DNA of 64,000 nt from Trichoplax sp. H2 (Eukaryota), in assembly GCA_003344405.1 (NCBI GenBank), contig NOWV01000217.1:1-64000 (forward strand). Direction: 5' to 3'. The position numbers and the translations under genes were made by a program. The notes under the pieces were generated by a model that was not told the origin of the DNA, ran no database searches, and saw nothing but the letters and a program-made list of their open reading frames with translations. Of this stretch, positions 28,401 to 41,423 are shown one piece after another. Each line of letters starts with the position of its first letter. The first letter of the stretch is position 1.

Positions 28401-31400
28401 AATCCTTCAGCAATCGGTGGTCCATAGCACAGACATCCACCATAATATCTCTCCATAGCTTCACCCAAGATATGCGCACTGGAATGCCAGTATACTTTTT
28501 GAGCTATTATATAGTGATGTTGAACAAAGATATAAATTAAAAATCATGTGAAAGAAAAGTAGCTTCGTAATTTCACATTGACCTTCTTCATTATCAAATT
28601 TTAGTAATTCTAAAGTACAATCTTCAGTTAACGCTTCATCCAGGTCTTTAATAACGCCATTGACCTAATATTTAAGACAACAATGATAATGTAATTAAAA
28701 TAAAGAATAGGTAAAATTATTTACCGATTGAGTTAGTACTAATTGTTACAATGTAGTAATTACCTTAGCCACTACGCAATTATCAGCAAGTCCTTGGCTA
28801 TCAAAAGAGTATAATACAAATAGAATTGGTTAAGACAAGAATAGGCTATAGTTACCAATTTTTGTTTTACGTTAAAGAACAAAAAATGCCGATTACGAAT
28901 AGGATTTATGTATACCACGCTTTATATACCTGATTGAAGCTGCAACTTTATAAGAGGTCGTTTTCCATGATTCACCTTCAACGACTTTACCATCCGGAAG
29001 GGTTATTTTAATAGGATGGGATTCTTTTGCTAGTTTATGATATTCACAATATGGAAAAATTACATGAATATTTGGAACCCAAGGTGGGTTTTATATTAAT
29101 GATAAAAGAATGTAATTGTACATTGTAATGTGATTATCAAATGTTCTTTTAATGTTATCAAGATCAATAAGTGATTGATAACTTTTACTACCAACTTGTA
29201 TATTCAACAGGTGCAGTAGAGTCTAAACAGTAATATATGTACGCGTCAGGTAGGAAAAATACTATCACCAGCATTAGAGTGGAAGTTCTTGCTTGCATAC
29301 AGTATTAGTATTTCAGGCTAAGATAAATTACTGTACATAATAGTTAATATCTAATTTTACTATCGTATTACCTGCAATTTTCGCATCGTATTCGGCCTTG
29401 ACTCGGTCAAAGATGTCAATTCTTTCCTGTATGTAAGCGGGCCACGGGTTTAACTAGAATTGTTTCAATAACAATGAAAAAGTTGATTTTAAAATCATAA
29501 CACGTTGTTGTTGACCAAATCTGTCGACTTTCAGTCGTAGACTGGATTACCTCCACTAAATTAACTTTTGTCTACGGTATCCTACTGTACAGTACTCCTG
29601 TTACAAGATTCCATTTCAATGCCGATGTATAAGTAATTAATCACATAGAGCACTGGCATTTCATGCCACTTTGCTGAAGTTCAAAATTAGAGCGAGCAAA
29701 ATCATGACTAAAGCATTGTACCGTTAAGATCACTAAGCTTCCATCAAAAGGTAATATTTCTTCAAGTACAGTACTGCATAACTGAACGTAAGTAATGGTT
29801 TACGATTATACTTTAGTTGGCTGAATTGAGTGGTGTATTGAAGATATGATGACCTACTCGTAAGTATGACTGCTTGCTAGTCTGTCTGTAGAGTTATATA
29901 CAGTAGTTATTGAATTCTTCTTACTTTAGTTGTACTTCATCAAAATAAACGTCTTGACTGCCTAAAATAGTTTTACTTTAGTTGTACTTGAAAGACAATT
30001 CATGTCTTGACTGCATTGACTATGAATCTGATAACATACAGTAAGCTGCAGTGATTATTGACTACTCTTTTTCACTTTATTTGACTGAATTGAGTGATGT
30101 ATTGAAGGTATGATGACATGAGCATGACTGCTTACTAGTCTGTCTATAGAGTAGTATCATAATTGAATTCTTGCTTTAGTTGTACTTCATCAGAATGAAC
30201 GTCTTGACTGCCTAAAATAGTTTTATTTTAGTTGTACTTGAAAGACAATTCATGTCTTGACTGCAGTGACTATGAATCTAATAACATACAGTAAGCTGCA
30301 GTGATTATTGACTACTCTTTTTTACTTTATTTGACTGAATTGAGTGATGTATTGAAGGTATGATGACATGAGCATGACTGCTTACTAGTCTGTCTATCGA
30401 GTAGTATCGTAATTGAATTCTTCTTACTTTAGTTGAACTGCATCAGAATGAATATCTTGCCTGCCTAAAATAGTCTTACTTTAGTTGTACTTGAAAGATA
30501 ATTTATATCTTGACTACTTTGAGACTCGTATCTAAGATACGAGTCTAATCACACAGACCATCAGCTAAGCTGAAGTGATTTTGACTACTTTTCTTGACTT
30601 TAGTGGACTGGATTGAGTGGTGTAATAGAAGATAGAATGACATGAGCATGACTGCTTACTACAGTAGTCTGTCTATAGAGTTGTGTCGTTATTGAATTCT
30701 TCTTACTTTAGTTGTACTTCATCAGAATGAACATCTTAATTGCCTAAAATAGTCTTACTGTAGTTGCACTTGAAAGATAATTGATATCTTGACTACTTTT
30801 CGACTGGTATCTAAGATACGAGTCTAATCACCCAGACAATCAGCTAGGTTGCAGTAATTTTGACTACTTTTCTTGACTTTAGTTGATAGGATCGAGTGGT
30901 ATATGGAAGATAGAATGATATGAGCATGACTGCTTACTACAGTAGTCTGTCTATAGAGTTGTGTCGTTATTGAATTCTTCTTGCTTTAGTTGCACTTCAT
31001 CAGAATGAACATCTTAACTGCCTAAAATAGTCTTACTTTAGGTGTACTTGAAAGATAATTGATATCTTGACTACTTTGAGACTCGTATCTAAGATACCAG
31101 TCGAATCACCCAGACAATCAGCTAGGCTGCAATGATTTTGACTACTTTTCTTGACTTTAGTGGACTGGATTGAGAGGTGTATGGAAGATAGAATGATATG
31201 AGCATGACAGCTTACTACAGTAGTCTGTCTATAGAGTTGTGTCGTTATTGAATTCTTCTTACTTTAGTTGTACTTGAAAGATAATTTAAATCTTGACTAC
31301 TTTTCGACTCGTATCTAAGATACCAGTCGAATCACCCAGACAATCAGCTAGGCTGCAGTGATTTTGACTACTTTTCTTGACTTTAGTGGACTGGATTGAG

Positions 31401-31998
31401 TGGTGTAATAGAAGATAGAATGACATAGCATGGTTGCTTGTTAGTCAGTCGATAGAGTGATTGCAATGACAGTCTCAATCTCGACATGNNNNNNNNNNNN
31501 NNNNNNNNTTGTGTCGTTATTGAATTCTTCTTGCTTTAGTTGTACTTCATCAGAATGAACATCTTAACTGCCTAAAATAGTCTTACTTTAGTTGTACTTG
31601 AAAGATAATTGATATCTTGACTACTTTTCGACTGGTATCTAAGATACCAGTTGAATCACCCAGACAATCAGCTAGGCTGCAGTGATTTTGACTACTTTTC
31701 TTGACTTTAATGGACTGGATTGAGTGGTGTAATAGAAGATAGAATGACTTGAGCATGGTTGCTTATTAGTCAGTCGATCGAGTGATTGCAATGACAGTCT
31801 CAATCTCGACATGGTCGATGCAAGATCAACCAAGAAAAAAGGAGTACTGTACTGGAATAGTTGAGTAGAAATGCTTTACATAGCCCTCTACCCTTGTCTC
31901 CACTACCATTGAAATTGTTAGTGCACATGTTACCAGCAAAACACAAACATCCGCATACTTACTTCACCACTGGTTTTATTGCCATTTTTTTGGCTCAT
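25418..31998 (-). CDS. TARS: Threonyl-tRNA synthetase (eukaryotic cytosolic type), about 20 exons
   Basis: Exon 1 [12 protein letters not shown] (31998-31963, donor GTAAGT). Then [12 protein letters not shown], a TGS domain, [86 protein letters not shown] and the anticodon-binding domain. Stop at 25418-25420. Confidence 0.97.
29805..31812. repeat. Tandem array of ~250-280-bp units (about 7 copies, containing an N gap) in TARS intron 1
   Basis: AGCATGACTGCTTACT or a one-mismatch variant occurs at about 30121, 30371, 30645, 30923 and 31201. The units contain ACTTTAGTTGTACTT sub-repeats. Confidence 0.95.
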
Positions 31999-32443
31999 TT
32001 TGATTCAGTAAAGGACCAAAGAAATCAATCAATTGCTTAAATTGGAAAGACGAATCCACTCCTTTTCTCCTAAGTAGTCTTCAATTGAACAGTAGCTTAA
32101 TCCACTGACTGTTTTACTTGCCAATGTCTACCGGCAATGGCCGCTGGTCGGTTTATATACGTTCGGCTTTTGGGTGAGTTTGGTATTAGGCCAAGGGCCG
32201 ACTTGACGAAGGGTGTGTGACTGTGAGGTTACTGTTCCATTCAAGTCATACTGCTAGTCAATTTGGTAGATAATTGTTAGCCGATTGTCGATCGTGAGTG
32301 GATAATGGACGAGCGAGAACGGTCCCCCCCTCTCCATCGTCTATATCGTGTTCCTTTCATGCGTTACGACAACTGGATTGAGTAAGCAACAACGCACAGA
32401 TGGTCAATGCGTATCACTCAACCGTAACGGTTCGTTACAGTAC

Positions 32444-34412
32444 GGAACGGATCAACATCGATGATGTAACATGAGATCAGTCATGGCGATTGCATTGATT
32501 TATAGATGGCCATTTTCTATCTTGTCCATGGATTGGATCGTAATTATGACAAGAATCGGAGATGATGGAATGGATAATTCATTTTCTGCCTTGTCTATGC
32601 TATTGCTAGTTGTTACAAAATGACTTGTGACAACGATCAAAACCATGGATGAGACAAGAATCGTTGATGATGGAATGGATAATTCATTTTCTGCCTTGTC
32701 TATGCTTTTGCTAGTTGTTACAAAATGACTTGTGACAACAATCAAAATCATGGATGAGACAAGAATCGTTGATGATGGAACGGATCAACATCGATGATGT
32801 AACATGAGATCAGTCATGGTGATTGCATTGATTTATAGATGGCCATTTTCTATCTTGTCCATGGATTGGATCGTAATTATGACAAGAATCGGAGATGATG
32901 GAATGGATAATTCATTTTCTGCCTTGTCTATGCTATTGCTAGTTGTTACAAAATGACTTGTGACAACGATCAAAACCATGGATGAGACAAGAATCGTTGA
33001 TGATGGAATGGATAATTCATTTTCTGCCTTGNNNNNNNNNNNNNNNNNNNNGATCAGTCATGGCGATTGCATTGATTTATCGATGGCCATTTTCTATCTT
33101 GTCCATGGATTGGATCGTAATTATGACAAGAATCGGAGATGATGGAATGGATAGTTCATTTTCTGCCTTGTCTATGCTTTTGCTAGTTGTTACAAAATGA
33201 CTTATGACAACGATCAAAATCAAGGATGAGACAAGAATCGTTGATGATGGAACGGATCAACATCGATGATGTTTCTATCTTGTCCATGGATTGGATCGTA
33301 ATTATGACAAGAATCGGAGATGATGGAATGGATAATTCATTTTTTGCCTTGTCTATGCTATTGCTAGTTGTTACTAAATGACTTGTGACAACGATCAAAA
33401 TCAAGGATGAGACAAGAATCGTTGATGATGGAACGGATCAACATCGATGATGTAACATGAGATCAGTCATGGCGATTGCATTGATTTATCGATGCAATCG
33501 CCTATCTTGTCCATGGATTGGATCGTAATTATGACAAGAATCGGAGATGATGGAATGGATAATTCATTTTCTGCCTTGTCTATGCTTTTGCTAGTTGTTA
33601 CAAAATGACTTGTGACAACGATCAAAATCAAGGATGAGACAAGAATCGTTGATGATGGAACGGATCAACATCGATGATGTAACATGAGATCAGTCATGGC
33701 GATTGCATTGATTTATCGATGCAATCGCCTATCTTGTCCATGGATTGGATCGTAATTATGACAAGAATCGGAGATGATGGAATGGATAATTCATTTTCTG
33801 CCTTGTCTATGCTTTTGCTAGTTGTTACTAAATGACTTGTGACAACGATCAAAATCAAGGATGAGACAAGAATCGTTGATGATGGAACGGATCAACATCG
33901 ATGATGTAATATGAGATCAGTCATGGCGATTGCATTGATTCATCGATGGCCATTTTCTATCTTGTCCATGGATTGGATCGTAATTATGACAAGAATCGGA
34001 GATGATGGAATGGATAATTCATTTTCTGCCTTGTTTATGCTATTGCTAGTTGTTACTAAATGACTTGTGACAACGATCAAAATCATGGATGAGACAAGAA
34101 TCGTTGATGATGGAATAGATAATTCATTTTCTGCCTTGTCTATACTTTTGCTAGTTGTTACAAAATGACTTGTGACAACAATCAAAATCATGGATGAGAC
34201 AAGAATCGTTGATGATGGAATAGATAATTCATTTTCTGCCTTGTCTATGCTTTTGCTAGTTGTTACAAAATGACTTGTGACAACAATCAAAATCATGGAT
34301 AAGACAAGAATCGTTGATGATGGAATGGATAATTCATTTTCTGCCTTGTCTATGCTTTTGCTAGTTGTTACTAAATGACTTATGACAACGATCAAAATCA
34401 TGGATGAGACAA
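32444..34412. repeat. Composite satellite with a 105-bp A unit interspersed with a ~100-bp B unit (contains an N gap), upstream of TARS
   Basis: The A-unit period is 105 bp (TGGATGAGAC at 34086 and 34191). The B unit begins GGAACGGATCAACATCGATGATGTAAC. A units contain the stem GTTGTTACAA-N6-TTGTGACAAC. Confidence 0.97.
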
Positions 34413-34509
34413 AAAATTCCTCTTGATCATCAAGGAGAATTGGTCAATGAGCCATTCTAAATATTGTACTGTAAGAAAAGAAAAATGACGGCTAGATTCA
34501 TGATCATTT

Positions 34510-35012
34510 GACTCTTACGTCGATGCTTTGGAGAGAGCTACATGGTGTCTGATTGAGAACTACTATATCTAGCTATGGGAAGACATTGTTGTAAGATTTG
34601 TCTTCAACAGCCCTAGTAAGAAGAGGAATCGAAGTAATTTCTTACTTTTGACCTCGGTCGAGCTAGCTGCCTTCAATTCATTGAAGCGATTGATCAACTT
34701 AACACCATTACGACGGTGGCCGATGGAGGCTAGAATTTGATATAATACTCTAGACACGGCTAGATGAATTATTATTTTACTCTACGTCGATACTTTGGAG
34801 AGAGCTTCAAAGTATCAGAACTACTGTATCTAGCTGTAGGAAGACATTGTTGTTCGCGTTGTCTTCAACAGCCCTAGTAAGAAGAGGGATCCAAGTAATT
34901 TCTTACTTTTGACCTCGGTCGAGCTAGCTGCCTTCAATTTATTGAAGCGATTGATCAACTTAACGCCATTACTACGATGGCCGATGGAAAGCAACAATTT
35001 GATATCATTCTC
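34510..35012. repeat. Diverged tandem duplication of ~260 bp
   Basis: TTGTCTTCAACAGCCCTAGTAAGAAGAGG...GGCCGATGG occurs at ~34599 and ~34859. Confidence 0.9.
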
Positions 35013-35667
35013 TAGGAGTAGTTTAGCATTAGCACAGCAGTACTGTACAGTATATAGCAAGGTGCCAAGGTGGATTAACTTGCCGTTGTCAACGCATTAC
35101 TGCCAGACTGCATCCTATCCAGCAGTCTAGGGAGTCTAGTAGTAGACGGTAGTGTGTTTCTTCACTTGCTTACTTCTCATACTAAAGCTCATACTGCATA
35201 CCGGAAATAAGCTGGAAGGCAGTTGATGCATTGCAGCTGCCATAACTTGGGATTGGCGGAATAACTGAAGGAAATACTCTATTCTTACTATTACTAATAT
35301 CACTTAATACGACAAGTAGCAGCTAGCAGCTTGAATATTACGCTTTGCAGCAAATCCTTCATTATTTTACACAGCTTTGGACCTATTGGAAACAGGTGTG
35401 GAGTACTTTTTGACTGGTTAGCCTACTTGACATAGACTTTTTGCATTTGGAAACAGCTGTGTAGAATCCAATTGTAGCTCTCTTTTACTCGTTGCAGGAC
35501 TGTTGGGTGTTGTTTTGTTACTGATATACCGCAGCATACAGATATCAGTACCAAATAGGATTGAATATTGCCGGAAATCCCTTATTTGACGTGTCTATAC
35601 ACGGCCTTTTGCTCTTCAAAACCAGGTGTGTACAGTAGCATCGAGCTGTTGTGTTGCTATGTTTCGG

Positions 35668-36345
35668 AATTGTTTCCATGACTAGTATATTATACGCTAT
35701 GTGTTACTATGGCTCATTTTATCATTCACAAGTATATTGGATAGTGATTTAGAAATGAATATGAATTATTTCCATGACCGTACATTAGATACTGATATAG
35801 AAATAAACATAAATTGCTTCCATGACCGTATATTCGATACTGATATAGAAATAAACATGAATTGTTTCCACGACTGTAAAGTATATTGGATAATGATATA
35901 AAAATGAACATGAATTGTTTGCATGTCTAGTACATTATACGTGCTGTGTTATTATGGCTCATTTTATCGTTCACAAGCATATTGGATAGTGATATAGAAA
36001 TGGATATGAATTGTTTCCATGACCGTACAGTAATTAGATACTGATATAGAAATAAACATAAATTGTTTCCATGACCGTATATTGGATCATGATATAGAAA
36101 TGAACATGAATTGTTTGCATGTCTAGTACATTATACGCGCTGTGTTATTATGGCTCATTTTATCATTCACAAGTATATTGGATAGTGATATAGAAATGAA
36201 TATGAATTGTTTCCATGACCGTATATTGGATAATGATATAGAAATGAACATGAATTGTTTCCATGACTAGTACATTATATGCGCTGTGTTATTATGGCTC
36301 ATTTTATCGTTCACAAGCATATTGGATATTGATATAGAAATTAAT
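35668..36345. repeat. Minisatellite of 42-48-bp subunits with higher-order organisation, upstream of SNAPC3
   Basis: GATATAGAAATGAACATGAATTGTTTCCATGAC recurs throughout. ATGGCTCATTTTATCRTTCACAAG occurs four times. Confidence 0.95.
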
Positions 36346-36674
36346 ATTGCAGTCAATCTTTGATCGCCTTGGCACAGCCTTTTATCGTTGAGGAATAAGT
36401 AAGTACTGAGGTATCGAGCAGTCTCGTTGGTATTTTGTTTTCATTATGACTGATTTATCGTTAGCTAGGATATATTCATGTACAAACTGCATTCGTGGAC
36501 GTTGCAGCTAATCCTTCGTCTTTTTTTACATATCCTTTTACCTATTGAAAATAGGCGGCATCGCCTGTAATATACCTGATACAGGGTACAGTACTGCTTT
36601 CTTCCCAACTGGCTACGATTAGAATGAAATACTCTTCCTCTGGTCACGTTGAATAGAAATACAATACTGCACCT

Positions 36675-39487
36675 ATGGATGTTGCAAAATCATGGATGCA
36701 AACGGATGATGAAGGGGATAGCTCAGATTATACCATTGATGCAAGCAGCAGCGGCACTAATCGAACCACCGGTGCAACCCAAAATCGTCGAGTGTCCATT
36801 CTTCAACAACGAGATTATTGTAAACAATTTTGTTCCCCATTAACTTCTGTTCGACAATTCCAATCCAATTATCTAAAATCCATCCACAAGACCGACCTGG
36901 ACAGGAATTTACTTGATTTAGATGCCAATGATATGGCCTCAGCCATGAATTTACCTATTGAGACTGTTCAAGAATTGAGCCAAGTCTGTAGGTTGGTGTA
37001 CAACTCTTATAGTTACACTAAATCTCAATACTCTACTTACGTGTAGTGGTGTCAAAGCCCCATCAAAAACTGAAAGCAATGTTTACTCCAATGTTGCATA
37101 TACGATATCCATGCTGATGATATACCAAGTGTAGAAGATGTAATTTCTGTCTACTTACACGGATAGAATATAGTCATGGACACTTGGTCACCGAGATAAT
37201 AAATGAAAGACGATTAATCAACCTATTTTTTTCTTTTTAATAGTGTCGACCAGTTGAAGGTCAGTTTTCAATACCCCAACGCCAGTTAAGCTCACTCTGA
37301 TAGGATGTATCATAATAAAAGAGTCATCTTGTGGAGGAAATGAATTCATAGCTATCCATAAATTACCTCATCATGTTGTGCTAGTGTTGCAACTACTGTC
37401 ATTATGTACCAATTTTCATTGCGCTATACTATAATTAGTAGCAATTAATCATTCTTATACGCGTATGATGTGACAATTGACCAGTTCGCGCGTAGTAGAG
37501 ATACATTCGAGTTGCGTAGAAAGTACAGTATGTAGGATTAACAAATTTTTGCAAACGATTGCAAGTTATCACTATTTCTTATGGCAGTAGTTGACTGTTG
37601 TTGAACTACCTAATATTACCAAATCTTTTACAACTAATATTTGTCACACAATACTATTTTGCCTAAAATGATCTAGTGCCCTGCAGAAAATGAAATAAGC
37701 CTAGAAGATGCATCACCAGATAACGTACCTGAAGGCGTCGAGCTTAAGGCTATGATGCAGTAAGTTGAACTTCTATATAGGATCAATCCTTTTTATCTAC
37801 CTGGTCTATCTATCTGTAAGATAGTATATCACACATGGAACAATGCAATTGATGCACTCAATTTTTCTCCTACGTTAAAATGCCAACATAATGTTACTAT
37901 CGATAACTTAATCTTTGCCACGATCGAATTTCATTTTATAGCCAAATCGAGGTACTGAAGAAGAAGAAGCGATCTAAAAATATTAACTACTTAAATAATA
38001 AGGTTTGACTATTAGCAGTACGAGATATAGAGAATTAGAATCTCTTCCTTTAGCTATTGAATTATTTCTCAATCCGTTATTGATAAAACCATATCAATTG
38101 ATTCTAGAATCAGCCACATATTGATAGCGTTGATGCAAGAGTCTGTGATATTGAAGATGGAGAAGTCTTATTGATTGTTGCTGTTTATCATCCAATTAGG
38201 GTAAAATGAATCATTTAATATTAATCAGCACAATAAATCGGACATACCGTTTCAATTAGTGAAGAACTGTATAAAAAGTGGAATATTGTAGTTTTAAAAG
38301 CTTGATTTAACCAGTGTCACTGTAACATTCATTGACAAATTCTAAACTCTTTTCATTTCAGTTGGTAAAGAATCAGGAATATAGCGTTGTTGGCAGTCAA
38401 TCGCTAAGTGAATTGCGCGATAAAATCGAATGCTTTAGTGATGAAGTTGTAACAACGGAATGTAGTAGCAATCCAGATATGGTATCTTCTGAACCAAGAG
38501 CAACAGTATGTACATTTATGCTGGACAATTTTTATGTAATCTAAGCATTTTAACGATGATTACCTCTATGATCTACAATAACGATACATTCGTATACTGT
38601 CAACATAATTTTATAATTGTTTTACTTTCACTGGTAGGAAATCTCGACATCAGCCTTCTTTTTTATTGAAAATGTCTTTTACAATGATATGAGACATCTT
38701 TTATGCAAAGACTATAGCAAGTACTTATTAACTACTGTACTGGATCAATTACAGCTGATTTACCAGCTTAATATTCTATTAACCTTGAGACTCATTTCAA
38801 TAAATTAAAGAGATTTAAAGAATCGACTTATTCGTTTACTTGCTTTCATAATCAGAATAATTATTGACTGGGCCAAGAAAAATAGTGAATGGGTAGACAA
38901 AGGACTTGGTGTACCATCTTCTAAATTAATGACAGAGGTGAAATTTATAGATTTGAAAATCCGTTTGGGTTATCCATATCTTTTTTGTCATCAAGGCGAC
39001 TGTGAACATTTAATTATTTTTCAAGATTTACGGTAAGAAATCTTCCGACATTGAGCGGAAATACCGGCTATTTCTATGATTTATTCCCCCAGCAAAATCA
39101 GTAGTTTAAATGGTATTGTTTTTACGCCATAGATTACTTTCAGAAGGAGACATTCAAAGCAAGGCAATCTATCCTGTATCATTATTTAAAAGTCGGCCAC
39201 GGCGACAAAAATGTCGTATATGTGATATGTTTATAGCTAAGTACGCATGAGAACTATTGAATGCTTTATACTTTATTATAAAACTAACAGAAAACCGTTA
39301 TTAGTATTATTGATTGTCTTTTTACTCGATACTGATTCTGTTAAGGTGGATAACTTTCAACGATCGACTAGCTTCGTCAGACCCATCCTTTTTCTGTAAT
39401 AAATGTTTCCGTGCTCTTCACTATGGCGAAGACGGCTCGAAAATTTATGATTTTGAAGCCTATTCCTACGTTGATGACTATATATAG
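36675..39487 (+). CDS. SNAPC3: snRNA-activating protein complex subunit 3 (SNAP50), 10 exons including a 16-nt micro-exon
   Basis: Motifs VVGSQSLSELRDKIEC, SAFFFIENVFYNDMR, LKIRLGYPYLFCHQGDCEHLIIFQDLR and the C-terminal zinc finger CRIC...FFCNKCFRALHY. TAG ends at 39487. Confidence 0.92.
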
Positions 39488-40898
39488 CTGTTGTACGTTT
39501 GATAAAATTTTAGCCCTTAATTAAGCATTCTATTGCTATTTCTCATTCCATAGTAGAAACAGTGATTGTAAATTATTTCAGTATCTAATACGATAGTTAT
39601 TGATGTTGCACTCTAATTGCAATAAATTATTGTGAATATCAAAGAGAACATCTATCTAGTGAAAATTGAATTAAAGCATGCTTTTTTTCTCCTATTTCAT
39701 AAATTAATAATGTTGCTAGATATTTATTAGCCGACACAGGCTATAATATATTTTCTATTGAATGAACGTTCAAACTTGTCTTGGCTTCATCTGGAAGCAA
39801 TTATACCATTATAGAATAAAAAAGTTGTTATTATGATCTTGTTCGTATTTGTGATAAGCTAGCTTACAGTAATTAATGGAATTCAAATACTTCATGTTAT
39901 ACATCGCAGTAAATTATAAGTCTAGCAATTTGATGTATTTATTGGACATGCAGCCATTACACAAATATCATGTGTTGGCGCTCATAGCATGCCAGCAGAA
40001 CTTCATGCAATCAGGATCTGTCATGATTTCGTGTTCTGCTGTTACTCTCTTAGACGGTATCTCTTCATTGTGGTGTACCACAATCTATTCACGATTGTTA
40101 ATCTAATTTTATTTTTAATGCTACTAAACCCTTCAAAAAGCTTAAGGAAGATCATAAGTTATTCCATAGCATAGGATGTAATTTCAACGGAATTTTATTT
40201 TATAATGCCGTGATCGACAAGCAAAGAGCCGATTCGTAGCCTTAACAAATGATATAATTTTCAATTTAAATTAATCATACGAATTTCATAGTTACAGAAT
40301 GAAGAGAGGTACTACTAATAATAATGATAAAACAGTATTATACAATTCAAAATTAACTGTATAAGACATACGGCATATTATGTAGTTACGTGAAAATTAG
40401 CTACAGAATCAGTATACACCTTAGATATGCGTAGTAAATAGATTTAGCGATGACAGTTGCTAATAAACTACTTGCAACATTATTTACACAATAGATGGTT
40501 TAGCTAGAAATATAGCATAGGCAGCGATTACATACAAATAGAGTTATATCTAATAAATGTATTTTCCTTGGCCTTAGGTTTCTATTGTATTGGATACTGG
40601 ATATGGATTAGGTATGCATGGACAACGCTTATATGAATTATCATCATGCATAGTAGCGAAGAGCATTACCATAGCACCTGATGGCCATCACTTTATAGTG
40701 CACTTTATGCAAGTTAAGGAGGTTGATGAAAGCGATTTGTAATGTACTTCACTACAATTAAATTTGTAACGCATTGAAACGATGTATTTAGATTAAGCGT
40801 GTCATAGAATTTCCATCATTTCTAATTAACTATCATTTGGTTAGAGATGGAATTGCAGATAGTCCCATATTCCAGTTTCGTAAGATGAGATTGTCTAC

Positions 40899-41060
40899 AA
40901 TAAATCATACAGCGTCTAAATTCAAAGTAATATTAATCCACAATAACATTTAGGGTTACAGGTATAAAAAAACTAATGCAATAAATCATACAACGTCTAA
41001 ATTTGAAGTAATATTAATCCACAATAACATTTAGGGTTACAGGTATAACAAACTAATGCA
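40899..41060. repeat. Tandem duplication of ~81 bp
   Basis: AATAAATCATACA.CGTCTAAATT...AACTAATGC occurs twice in tandem. Confidence 0.9.
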
Positions 41061-41423
41061 GTTATTCGTAGATATTTTGCTATAATTACGTTTTAGTATG
41101 TAAGACTCTAGCATTATTAATCCATGGTTGGGAAATTATGATAATCGGTAAGTAACACATAGAGCTTAGATTGATTAGCTTTTTAAGCGCTATTCTGCTG
41201 TAATAAATAAGTAGCATAAAATGCATTCAAGTTGTAAAGTTTAATGCTTCCTTTACTTGTATCCACCTACTAATCGTTAATGGCGATTTTCGTTTCCATT
41301 TTGAAATCGGAACCAATAGAATTGCGATATACATTGATCCGAAGTGACCTCAGTTATGAGTGTAATCATTTCAGGTTTAATACGAATCACAGGATGGATC
41401 CTATCTTGCAATTCTAACATTAT

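Noticed and set aside
29805..31812. Hammerhead ribozyme (retrozyme) suggested by CTGATGA on the minus strand of the repeat units
   Set aside because: The putative stem II (AGT-ACA-ACT) is followed by AAAG rather than GAAA, and no stem I/III with an NUH site fits.
32500..34401. Repetitive minus-strand ORFs up to 153 aa, and TGATGA words suggesting C/D snoRNAs
   Set aside because: The ORFs follow from a stop-free 105-bp unit and are broken by B modules. No matching CTGA D boxes are present.
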